DNA of 62,197 nt, counting the filler, from Collodictyon triciliatum (lineage: Eukaryota), in the NCBI GenBank assembly GCA_043381765.1. It is 4 parts of 4 records of this genome, joined end to end, with 100 filler letters (N's around TTAATTAATTAA, not from the genome) between each part and the next. Parts side by side here need not be neighbours in the genome. Positions count along the whole stretch, not along the records: positions 1 to 18,200 come from JBHJMP010000540.1; positions 18,301 to 31,792 come from JBHJMP010000544.1; 2 more parts are not named here. One strand, written 5' to 3'. The notes under the pieces were generated by a model that saw only the letters and a program-made list of their open reading frames with translations, had not been told where the DNA came from and ran no database searches. Position 1 is the first letter of the stretch. Each line of letters begins with the position of its first letter. Shown in pieces: positions 1 to 30,400 of the stretch. The position numbers were made by a program, and so were the translations under genes.

Positions 1-105
1 AAAGAGAGAGAAAAAGAGAGAGAAAAAGAGAGAGAAAAAGAGAGAGAAAAAGAGAGAGAAAAAGAGAGAGAAAAAGAGAGAGAAAAAGAGAGAGAAAAAG
101 AGAGA
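1..105. repeat. (AAAAAGAGAGAG)n tandem repeat in a dynein intron
   Basis: 12-nt unit read directly. Confidence 0.95.
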
Positions 106-131
106 TGATAGAAGAGATGAAATATACTCAC

Positions 132-18031
<17,900 letters not shown>

Positions 18032-18200
18032 CTTGATGGAAAACAATAAGTATTAACAGCATAATATGAAACAAAAACAATTCGATAAATCAATTGGAGA
18101 ATTCATTTCATTATGAGGCTGGGAGAAATCCAATCCTGGGATGATACATGACGCATCTATAATCTAGAATGTTTGGCAAGCTTACGGTTTCCTATCTTTT

Positions 18201-18300
18201 NNNNNNNNNNNNNNNNNNNNNNNNNNNNNNNNNNNNNNNNNNNNTTAATTAATTAANNNNNNNNNNNNNNNNNNNNNNNNNNNNNNNNNNNNNNNNNNNN
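18201..18300. other. Artificial contig-joining spacer (44 N + TTAATTAATTAA + 44 N)
   Basis: The 12-mer at 18245-18256 places stops in all six frames; the same 100-bp design recurs twice more. Confidence 0.95.
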
Positions 18301-18319
18301 AAAAAAAAAAAAACAAAAA

Positions 18320-18430
18320 AAACAAACAAACAAACAAACAAACAAACAAACAAACAAACAAACAAACAAACAAACAAACAAACAAACAAACAAACAAACA
18401 AACAAACAAACAAACAAACAAACAAACAAA
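18320..18430. repeat. (AAAC)n microsatellite at contig edge
   Basis: Read directly. Confidence 0.95.
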
Positions 18431-18916
18431 AAACCTACTGAAAATTGAAAGAAAGAAAACAACAGACCAACGACGTTGTACGGCGCTTTAATCCCGAAAA
18501 TCATACGAAAGTGATTCAGATACTTCCGGACAAGCTTCCTGCGAGTCGATCTCATCTGCACTCGTTTTGACGCTCGTCTCTATTTTCCCAAAGATCCCTC
18601 TGAGTTACGGTTTCGTCGCCGCGTGTTTTCACTCTGGTTGCTCGTGTGGTCTTTGGTTTCCTTCCAGCGTGATTCAAATCCCACACCGAAAAGAAACATT
18701 ATATAAATAACAACAAAGATTACAATGATAAAAAAAAACCAAAAAAATCACAAAAAAATTCAACAAAAATGAATAAAACCAAAACAGACAACAAACTAAT
18801 GAAAAATAAAAAAATGAAAAGAAATACAGAAAGGAACAGCCTCTGCTCTGGTAGAGTATCTTTATGCGCGGCCTCATCACTGCTCCATCACAGCGCCAAA
18901 CAGCCCGCAACATCAC

Positions 18917-21900
18917 TCACTGAGACGCCCTCGCAACGGCAGCCAACTCGGGATTTCTATCCACGCCCCAGCCGTTCTCATAGCACTCGGCAATCTTCTC
19001 GCTGGCTGCAGGATACATGGGACTCTCCTCCGTGGTTCCGGACCAGCGGTTGTACTGACTCCGCTTTGCCTCGGCCATCTGCTTCAGGGCCAGAAACGCG
19101 TTCTGCGAGCCGCTCTTTGCAAGCTCCAGCAACCCTTGCATGTTTTCATTCAAGCGCAAGGAGTTTGCACGCCACTTATCCGCTGCACCCTCGTCCTTGC
19201 TCACACCCCACGCATTCTCGTAGCACTCAGCAATCAAGGCACTTGCGCCAGGGTACTTGAGTTTGGCTCCGGTTTTGTTTCCGTAGTAATCAAAGACATC
19301 CTCCTGTTCATCAACAAGTCCCTCCAGGATTTCCACAATGATAGGGCATCCGTTCTGTGCAAGTCGCTTCATCCCAGCGAGATTGTTTGCTCTACCGTAG
19401 TAATCGGCAGCCTTCCTGGCATCCTTCTCCGCGCCCCATCCGTTTTCAAGGCACTCGGCAACAAATTCCAAGGCGCCCGGATGCCTCAGCTCCTCTCCTA
19501 TCTTGTCTCCAAAGAGGCCGTGTCTCAGGATATCCTTCTTAGCTTCAGACATGGACACCAGAGCATCAAAAGCGCATCGCGTGCCTTTTTCGGCCAGACG
19601 TTTCAAGCCATCAAAGTCTGCAGCTCCTTTGTAGTATTCGGCAGCGTTGTTATAGCTCTTCTCCACACCCCAGCCGTTTTCGAAGCTCTGTGCCACAATC
19701 TTGACTGCTTGGGGGTGCTTAAAGCTGACGTCAATCACTTCCCCTCTAAACGTAACGTTCTCTTTCATGTCAGCCATGTCCTTGAGCGCTTGAAATGCAA
19801 CGACGGAGCCTTGGCTTGCTAGCTGCTTCAGGCCATCAAAGTCGCCCTCCAGTTGAAGAGACAGCGTTTTCCACTTGGATTCTTCCTCTGCGTTCTTTGC
19901 AACGCCCCATTCGTTCTCGTAGCACTCAATAATGATGGAAATGATTACCGGGTTCCTAAAGTTTCCATCCTCATCTTTCAATAAGCCCAGCTCCTCCAGA
20001 GCAGCAAAAGCATCGGGAGACCCACTCCGCGCCAATCTCTTCAGTTCATCGACATACTCGATTGCTTTGAGCCATTCAGCAGCCTTTTCCAAGTCCTTTT
20101 CAACAGCCCAACCGTTCTCATAACATGAAGCGACGGCAACAGCCGCTGCTTGATGGCGCATCTTTTCTCCGACTTTCTCTCCAGAGTCTTCATACTTCAA
20201 AATGGGGTCCTTCAGTTCAGCCAAGTCAACCAGGACGCTGAAGCCATCTGCGATGCCTTGTCTTGCTAGTTCCTTCAAGCCTTCAAAGTCAAGGCACCGT
20301 CCAAACTTCCAGTATACAGCTTTTTTTGTATCTTTCGCAGTCCCCCATCCGTTCTCGAAACACTCAATAGCAGCTCTTGTTTGGAAGGCAGTGACACTCT
20401 GTCCGGTCTCGCAATAGTGAATAAAATCTTTGTCATAAGATGCTGCGCCAATCGAAAGCAGAATGGACTTTGACTGTGCATCAAGTTCCCCAGCATTGCG
20501 AAGCTGGATATCACCCCCTTCGAGCTTCCTCCGAGCAACCACTTGGACGAGTTTGTCCAAGACAACCTTTGCTTGTTTAAACAAGTTCATGATATCAGAG
20601 GAGCTGCAAAACCTGGCAATCACAACCTCTGGCTCCGTCTTTTTTACAAGGGCCTTTCCGTATGTCCATGTCAGCTCGCTGACTGGGATGTGATGCACCA
20701 TGGCTCCTGTGGAGATATCAAAGATTCCGAATACATTTTCTTTGCTTCTGGACCCCAGCCATTTCTCACCGTTGGGCCCGTTGATTACAAAGAGTAACTC
20801 CACCCATGAAGTGTGACCCTCAAACGAGTTCACCTTCTGTCCGCTGTGTATATCCCAAATTCGAATGTCATTATTTCCTAGCCCAGACGCAACCCAAGTC
20901 TCTCCATTTGGTCCCAACACGGTACAAGCGCTGAATATGGAGTAGTAGTTGTCCTCGAGCTTCTTTATCTTGGTACTGGTACCCAAGTCCCAGACAAGTA
21001 TTCCGCCATCGTATTGGCTCACCAACCATTTTTCGCCGCTGGGGCCCAGGCAAGGGAATATAGCAGTAGTGGAGCCGACATCAGAAGCAAGAATCTTCAC
21101 TTGACTTCCTGTTTTCAAATCCCAGATGCGGATGGTGTCATCCACGCTTCCAGACGCAAGCCATTTCTCGCCGTTCGGTCCATCCACGCCACAGGCACAG
21201 TTTGCTGCATAGGTGTGTCCCTTCAGGGTATGAATGTGATTCCCAGTATCAGCATCCCATATACGCACAGTCTTATCTCTACTGGCGGTCGCAATCAACT
21301 GCTGCCCATCAATTCCAACGAGATTGGATGAGCGACGAGTTATATCGGTATGGTAGTCATCAAACTTGAGAATGTTGTCCTGGTTCACATCCCACAAGCG
21401 AATGGTTTTGTCTCCACTGCCTGATGCCACCCACAGCTCGCCATTTGGTCCAGTGACAGTGCAGAGACTGTGCACGGGGCTTGAATGCCCTTCCAAGATC
21501 ATCAATTCGGTCCCTGATTTCAACTCGAGGACGACCACATCATCATCACAACCATGTACAAGCCTGATATCCCCGCCGGGTCCTGGGACAAAGCAGCATG
21601 ACCTAATGGATTTGCTCGACTGGACCACTGAGGTTTGTGCTCCTGAATCCAAGTCCCAAGTGCGAATAGTTTGGTCCTGACTAATTGACACTAATGAAAC
21701 GCATCCGCGGAATCCCACAAAATGACCCACTGCATACACGTAATCAGAATGTCCCTCCATTTCTCTAAGAAGAGATCCACTTTCCAGGTCCCACAGTCGC
21801 AAAAGCCCATTTCTGTATCCTGAGACCATCCATTTTTCTCCATCCGGGCCTTTTGCTTCACATATACAAGACGAAGCGCCTTTTTCAGCCTCCAATACTT

Positions 21901-24900
21901 TCACTTGACTCCCGGTACTCAAATCCCATATTCGAATGGTATTATCACCGCCCCCAGATACAAGCCACGGCTCCCCGTTCGGCCCACTAATCGCACTGAT
22001 ATATGCGATGCCATACGAATGACCTTCAAGTTGCCGTATTTGATTGCCTTGCACCGGTTCCCAAATTCGAATAACACTATCCTCACCACCCGATGCGACC
22101 CAACTCTCACCGTCAAGCCCAGTGATGCTACAGATTGCGGTGACCCAGCCAGTGTGTGCGGGGATGTGGCGGATAATACCTCCTGACGAGTAATCCCAAA
22201 TGATGACCGAGCTGTCCACACTTCCCGAGGCAAGCCATTTTTCGCCGTTTGGACCCTGCACGGGGCAAAGGACAGAAACGGTGTACTTGTGTCCCTCCAA
22301 ACACTTTCCGTAAGGGACCCCAAAGTTAACACCATCTAGGTTGGCCTCGTTGAATATGATGTTGCCAAAGAAAGCGTTCTTGAAATTAACTCCCTGCAAG
22401 TTCGCACCAGTGAAGTTTACGGAATCTAGGATGGAGTTACTTAGATTTGCGTGTGGAATCCTAACACCAGATAGATCAAGTCCACTGAATGATACGTTCA
22501 TAAAGTTGAGAAGGGTTGCAGCCTCCGAAGCTTGTTTTGATTGCAATTCGTCGTCCTTCGATGATAAGACTATCTTATGCAGACTAGATATGATTTCTCC
22601 TCGATTCCATCCATCTTTGACACTTTCATTTTTCAAGTTTCTATGAATAAAATCTTTGACACTAGTAAACTCGGCCGGTTCTTGATAGATACCAACTAGC
22701 TTGGAATGGGCAGAAAGACGCGCGCAACAGGCCAGTGTTTTGTTGTGGGTCCGCCCGAGTTTCTCTGAGCACAAGTCTCTCATAGCTCCCCAGAAATTCA
22801 TGCCGTCGCCATGGAGCGTATTCTGATGCAGGAATGAATCAAATTCACTATATTGAACCCATGAAACCAAAGAGTCGTATGAGGAGCCTTCGGCCTGAGC
22901 AGCCAGAGAGTCGTTGATAAATTGGGTGATAGCTTCAGAGTCATGTATTTCGTGAAGTAATTTGGCGATCTTGAGCACGACGCCGAAATCACTTATTGAA
23001 CTTGGTGTTTTGGTTGCCTTTCTTATAGAAGCGGCTTGCTTCAAAGATTCGATGGCTTTGTCATTTCTAAAATGAGAGAAGGCAAAAATATAGTATGCTT
23101 TAAGATTGAAACTGACCAGTACATAAAAAAGTGAGAATATGAAAGAATAAAATTATTAAACGTGCATTTTTCTAAAAAAAAAAAAAAAAAAATATTAGCT
23201 AATCAGCATTCAAAGTAATTGGCTAAGCGTTGAATAAAAGCAATTATAATATGTTTTGGAAAATTAAAGAAAACGCACTCTTGTAATTCAATCGAAACGA
23301 GAGCGATTCTCTCCAAAAGTGCAGCACAGGCCGGGGTCTCACATCCAGAAATAGTTCTTTGGACCTCTAGAGCATTGTTGTATGTATCCAGGGATACCAG
23401 ATAGCTGAGGATGTTAAAGTGAGTATGAAATTATCGCAAGATTGATCATTTTGATGTAGTGTGAATTCATACACCATATATCTTTTAAAACTCTGATTGT
23501 ATTGTACAAAGAGGGAGAGAAAAAGGAAAGGAAAGGAAAAGAAGAAAAGTACAAACTCTTTCACTAGTAAACCGATATCACCAATGAGCTCATTTATGGC
23601 AGATATCATCGTGTGGGCCTCATTCAGAATCTTATTCAATGCAACCTTCGCAACCGTAAACATTTTTGTGGACTCTTTAAACCTAGTACATTAAATCAAA
23701 TTTAACAAGGTTGTGTTTTCTTCTTCTGGCATACGTGGACTGAAAAAAAAAAGGCTTCATGCCACAAGGAGACTCCAGCGAGAATAAAATATGCCTTCCA
23801 TCAGCAAGGTAAGCATGTCCTAGATTAATAGGGATAACAAAATCGGGGGCACTGCTGATCCCATGGAAATCTCGCAGTGGAAGCCACTCAGAGGTGTCGC
23901 TACTCATCCCATCTCCATCGGCTCTTGTTTCCTTAGATGTAATGATTCATCGTCAACTTTACTTTTCCCTGTATTTGTCTTTGTAAAAAAAAAAAAATCT
24001 TGATTTTTATGTTAATTCATTCATTTGGGACCTGACTTGCAAGAACTTTATGGACCAAATTCCGTATCCAATTTTTATATTAAAGTTGATTAGTCAGAGC
24101 ACGTTTTCAATTTCTTTTTCGAGTTAGCATGTACATAAAGCGTTGAAAGAGAGAAGGGACTCGTCAAAGTATTAATGTTTACATTCTTTGCTTCGAGCAG
24201 AGAATTTCACAATAGGTCCCATTCGGTTCTCGTTAGAAGCCTGATATTTTGTTTGTTTGTTTTTTATATTTATTTCACTAGAGAAAAAATCTTATGAACT
24301 CAATTGAAATGATATAGAACCGAATGAATACTGTAGGTTAGTGGAAATGAATCAGAATAGTTGGTCCATACTAATCACCTTCGCTTTTGCGACTCGAAGA
24401 CCGATAAGGGTCCAAAGGAAGGGCTCAATCAATTCTAGTGTTTTTTTTTTTAATAGGAGGGGAGAATTTAGATTATTTTTAAATTTTGTTTTCTTCTTAT
24501 TTGGTTCAAAGTGCAACAGAGTTAAGCCATGCGAGTGGTGAGATTGGTGCATATGGTGGAGATTATTTTTACACCGTATCATCTTCTATTTATCAGGAAC
24601 CGGCTCTATAAGGGAAAAAAAACCCAAGTAATAACAGTATTAACCATTGAACGATGCTGCTTGAATGAATGACTGGGAGCCTTCACTCGCCACTTGAGAA
24701 TTGCTAAGTAGCCAGTGTCGAAGGATTTGTTGGTTCTCTTTCGCCTTGGTCTCCTCTGCGTTTAAGGGAACATCCCTGATGATTTGGTGTCAATCAGCTC
24801 AAAAGAAAGGTGTTCTCAAGAGCATCGGGTTGGAAAGAACTTAAATAAGAGAAATAAAAAATGGCACAATCAAAAACAGTATTCGTGCTACGATACCGTT

Positions 24901-25199
24901 AGCTGAATATATAATAACAATAAAAAAAAAGTATGTAATTGCAATAGTAATGGACTTCGCTAACCAAGAGGGACGTGAATGGCACGCCTCCAGCTTCTCT
25001 CCAGTGATACGGCGAATAAGGTGAGCCAAGAGGCAACCGTCCTTGGCGTCCTCGGTGATGTCTTCAGCCTTTAGCCCAGACCTTTCCAGGTTACAATTCA
25101 CCCAAGCCAAAAGAGCCTTAAAAATGACGGTCAAGAGAAAGTGAATATCCGTCGAGTTGGGTGGTTCCTTTTTTTTTTTTTTTTTTTTTTTTTGTCTTC

Positions 25200-25231
<32 letters not shown>

Positions 25232-25405
25232 CATTTTCCATTAGCGAAGTCCCCCAAGCATTAATGACAGGACAGCGCGGAGGATGAGCACATTACAAGA
25301 CTGATGATAAATACTGTGTATGTACAGTGTGTTGGACATGATATGTGTTATTTTTGCATGAGCAGAGCGTACCTCCTTTGCGTTGAGGGGTTCGATGTTG
25401 GCCAT
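18917..25405 (-). CDS. Multidomain repeat protein: calponin-homology (CH) domain, TPRs, pentapeptide repeats, at least 12 WD40 repeats and 7 Sel1-like repeats
   Basis: Exon 1 (25373-25405, MANIEPLNAKE) splices to ALLAWVNCNL...DAKDGCLLAHLI and ELIEPFLWTLIGL (CH). Small exons give TPR-like YNNALEVQRTISG...AALLERIALV...DKAIESLKQAASIR. The terminal exon 18917-23066 encodes FSGLDLSGVRIPHANLS (pentapeptide), GH...WLASGSxDxTIRIWD repeats and IAECYENGWGVxK repeats, ending in TGA. Exons between about 23780 and 24240 are less certain. Confidence 0.85.
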
Positions 25406-27002
25406 CGCGATGAGTCCTTTGCGTGTTCTTTGGTCCGCTCGACCTGTGCAAAACAACGTTCACTCGGGTTAGGCATTTGCGTTTGCCTTCTCCATAGACA
25501 GAACATGGTTTGACTTTGGCGGTTGAGTTGCTTCTTCTGTTCTTGTTTGTGGTTCTGGTGGCAGGCGTTTGCTTTCGACTGGGCGCTGAAAGAGTTGCGC
25601 GGGATGCGTTTCGGAGCCGGTGTCAATCGGATGTGTAGACAAACGGGGGCGATTGATAGGAAAGCAGGAATGATTGGATGATGATATTTACAGATATATA
25701 TATGCGTGTGTGTCACCCGCGAAGTGCACGGCTTGGCCGTCTCTGATTGGCTGAATGTATTCCACATTTGAGAAAAACAATTGAATGGTTTGTCCTGAGA
25801 TTTGTTATTTATAGCCTAATTTAGGTATGAAGTCTTTTGTGGAAAAGGGTGTTGCGGGAATTGCAGGCCGCGGTATCTTTTCTACTTCGCAGGCAACCAC
25901 ACCAGCCCAGATGCCGCGCGCTTATGAAGAGAGGCACATTAAGTATATTAGCTGAAAGAAAGAAATGTATAAATAAATAATTCAGAGAGTAAGAAATAAA
26001 TAAATGAAGGGCCTTCTTTCTCATTATGCAGTTTGTCGAAAAAATAGTAAATTGGCATGAATAAGAAAAGAAAAGATCTAATGACGAGGCGACAAGGACT
26101 TTTCATCCTCTCATGTTCGTGACGATGTATTTTCGAGAGATGTTTGATGCAACACCTCATTTCTTGGCAAAAATAAAATGAATAAATAAATATAATGTGT
26201 TGTGCGGCGGTTGGCGAATGGGTGGAAATAGGTTATAAGGCCATCCGAGCAATAAAACAAGATTGCGATCAACACAATGGATATATAATACTCAATAATA
26301 TGTGACATATTATATATGTGTATCGCTTTTATCCGCAGAATGTCTCATTAAGCCAGTTATATCCGCGTATGGCTTCATTAATATAAATTCCAAAACTGCA
26401 CAAATTCCCTCTTTGATCAAAACGCCTGCGCAGATTCTTTCCATCGTCGTCTCTTTCATTTTGCCCACTGAGAAGCATCGACCGAAAACGCGACACAAAC
26501 ACACCGAAACCAATCGTCCTGCGTGCTGCATTATTGTCACGTGTTATGGTTGAGGTGGCGATCGAAGATACAAGTCCAAGAAAATCACCGCCAGAGTTTG
26601 GGTTCAACCAGTCTTCTCTTCAACACCTTTCTTTTCCTTTTCCTTTTCCTTTTCTTTCTTTTTCTTTTTTTTTCTTCTTTCTTTAAATGTCCTTTTGATT
26701 TTGTTAAGAGAAAGATCAGGCCAGCGAGAAGCACTTTGTTTTTCCTTTTTTTTTTTTTTTTGAGATAAGCTAGCAAAATTCAAGAAACTTCTACACAATC
26801 TTCTTTATGACGACAATATTTCTCCTGCGCCTGTTTCACAATATGCACACTTTCAACGCTTTTTCCCCCCCTTTATTCGATTCAAAGACACTTTCAACGC
26901 ATAAGCAGGAAAAATCTCGAGCAGGGTTTGCCCCGGGTTACAAGGCTCGATTTCGCGTCCCCACCAACTTTCTCTTCCTAGCAAAGTCTGTATTCTTGAA
27001 GA

Positions 27003-27457
27003 ATGAAGCGATTCGCACCATTCGCGATCGTGTGCGCCGCACTTGCTTTGATTCACAGCACAGCGGCTTTTTACTTGCCCGGCGTTGCGCCGATCGACTA
27101 TCCGGACGGAGCCAAAGTGGAGCTCAAGGTCAACAAACTCACCTCTGTCAAAACGCAGCTGCCGTATGACTTTTACAGTCTGCCTTTCTGCCGTCCGAAG
27201 GAAATCATCGACACAGCCGAAAATCTTGGCGAAGTCTTAACTGGAGACCGCATCGAAAACTCAAAATATGAGGTCATTAGCTTATTATGTGCTCTTGTGG
27301 ATTGTTTATGGTCCCCTTAATTCTCCTGATTCCGTCTCATGGTTATGATATTGTCAAATACTCATACTCAGCTTTTTGTATTTTTCTTAAAATGGTCTTA
27401 TTTCATTCAAAGTATATCTATGGGGTCATCCACCGGCCTTCCACCTTTATTCATTTT

Positions 27458-27488
<31 letters not shown>

Positions 27489-30400
27489 TTAAGTTTTCTC
27501 CATCTTCTTCCTATCTTGATTTAGATTTTCATGAAAGTCGAGGAAAATTGTCGAGTATTGTGCACACGTATATATGACAAGACAGAGGCCAAACATTTCT
27601 CAAAGATGATTGCTGAAGAGTACCGAGTCAACTGGTATAAACCGTGGATACATTTACTATTGCAGACCATCATAATCGCTAACCAGCTTCCTTTGAACTG
27701 CAAATAATGCTATCAAATATAATATGTAAACGTAAAAATGCTCGCGAGGCGGCCTCTACATTTTCTGAAATTAGCAAAAAAATGAAGAAAAATCTCAGTG
27801 ATAAAGAAGAGGCTCACCAGGAAATAGCACACCCCTCATAAACGCTTTTAACTGTAGGATATTGGATAACCTGCCGGCTGCAACATCGCACGTCGTAGTC
27901 CCTGATGACCCATCAGAAGCCAAGACAGTCTATGAAATGGGAGTTCCTCTTGGAACGAAGCACACAGCTGGGTCTGGAAAGGTAATCTTCCAAACGCACA
28001 ATGTTTTTGCGCATCTCAACGGTGTGATATATACTTCCGACTCTGATATCCCTGAACTCACTTTATCTTTGTACATGTACAACAAAACAGAATGCATATA
28101 TGTGACTAATTGCACTACTTGCACCTGTCATTAGCTTTTGTATTAATCACCCTTATTATTTCCTTTTATTCCTCACCTCCCTGGTTAAGCTCTCTCATTC
28201 GTTTCACTTTCTCAACAACCATGCAACTTTCTACATCAAATACCACTCGGATGAATCTGCCAGCACACCAGGCTCTCGTGTCGTGGGCTTTCGTGTTCAG
28301 CCCAAGAGTATCAAACACAACATGGATCAAAATTCCATACGGCCAGACACATGCAGCATGCCAACTGCTCCAATGCAGTCCATCGACGGACCTACCGAAG
28401 TTATCTGGACTTATGATGTGAAATGGCAGGTTTGTATCCAAAAAGATACATGGTTCAATACACTAATGCATATTAAGATAAGTGTTCACTCATTGAAACA
28501 TGCCGATTATTGCAAATGGTATCAATTTGACTTTGCCTCATACCACTGACAGGAGCAACCCCTTTTTTCTTTTCTTTTGCTTTTGCTTTTTTACGTAGCC
28601 ATCCGATATCAAATGGGCATACCGCTGGGATGTGTATCTTCTAATGACCGACAGCCACATCCACTGGTTCTCCATTGTCAACTCTCTCATCATAGTTCTC
28701 TTCTTGAGCGGAATGGTTGCTATGATTATGATGCGGACGATTCACCAAGTGTGTGGATCACTGAACACGATTAATATACTACAATTCAATTCAATTCTCA
28801 ATTACTCATTTATTTTCAAAGAATAATTTTTCAGTCAACTGGACCAATATTCTCTAAATGGATACAAAATAAACGAGAGGAAAATGCAAGAAGCGAACTA
28901 ACGAATCGGTTCATGCAGGACTTTCTTCGCTACAATAAAGCAGAAACGTCGGACGAGGCCAACGAAGAATATGGATGGAAACTTGTTCACGGAGACGTAT
29001 TTCGGCCTCCAAAACACACACTCCTTTTGTCAGCGAGCGTTGGGTTCGGTGTTCAGCTCATTTGCATGACGTTTGCTTCTATGGGTAAGATCAGGAATAC
29101 AGACACCCTTTTTTTTTTTGTTTTAAGTCATGGCTGCCATTTTATTATGCTGCTATATCATATGTTTGTATATCAATATTTTTTAAAATAGTCTCTTTTA
29201 GATTCACATTCACTCACTTTAAAAGTAACATAGCTCACCAACATCCATAAGTTTATTTTTATATCGTAGACCACCCACGCGGACTAACCAATATTCTCCC
29301 TCCCTTTCCCCTATCCTTTCATACTTATCTGTAGTTTTTGCTGTCCTGGGATTTCTGTCACCGGCAAACCGTGGTGGACTACTCACTGCCGTAATCCTGA
29401 TGTTCGTCTTCATGGGGTATTGTTTCCATCACTCCCAGCTTTCCCAACCTTCAGACTGCTCACATCCACGCAAACACGAACATATACCAAAAGGCGAAAA
29501 AGAAAAAGAAATTAAAAAACAAGAAATTTAAAAAACAAGAAATATTTAAAAAACAAAATATTAAAAAAAACAAGAAATATTTAAAAAACAAGAAATATTT
29601 AAAAAACTAGAAATATTAAAAAACAAGAAATATTAAAAAAACAAGAAATATTAAAAAAACAAGAAATATTAAAAAAACAAGAAATATTAAAAAAACAAGA
29701 AATATTAAAAAAAAAAGAAATATTAAAAAAAAAAAAAATAAAAAAAAAACAAANNNNNNNNNNNNNNNNNNNNNNNNNNNNNNNNNNNNNNNNNNNNNNN
29801 NNNNNNNNNNNNNNNNNNNNNNNNNNNNNNNNNNNNNNNNNNNNNNNNNNNNNAATAAAAAAGAAATAAAAAAGAAATAAAAAAGAAATAAAAAAGAAAT
29901 AAAAAAGAAATAAAAAAGAAATAAAAAAGAAATAAAAAGAAATAAAAAGAAATAAAAAAGAAATAAAAAAGAAATAAAAAAGAAATAAAAAAGAAATAAA
30001 AAAGAAATAAAAAGAAATAAAAAAGAAAAACCTCACAAAAAACCGTAGCGTATTTGCTGGGTATGCATCTGCACGAAACTACAAGATGTTCAAGGGCCCT
30101 GGATGGAAGCGCTGCGTGGTGCTGACCGCTATGTTGTATCCCGGCATCATCTTTGCCATCTTCTTTGTGCTCAACTTTTTCATCTGGGGCGCAAAGTCCT
30201 CGGGGGCCATCCCATTCACAACGCTGCTTGCGCTGCTTGCACTGTGGTTTGGAATCTCTGTGCCGCTCGTATGCATCGGCAGCTATCTGGGCTTTAAGAA
30301 GGAAGCCGTGGAGAATCCCATCCGCACAAACCAAATCCCTCGCAGCATCCCGGACCAAGTCTGGTACATGCAGTTTGTCCCCTCCATCCTTCTTGGCGGC

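Noticed and set aside
24030-24185. Apparent non-AG acceptor before an open stretch YKNWIRNLVHKVLASQ
   Set aside because: A canonical AAG acceptor giving a 14-nt micro-exon, or exon skipping, keeps the frame without invoking unusual splicing.
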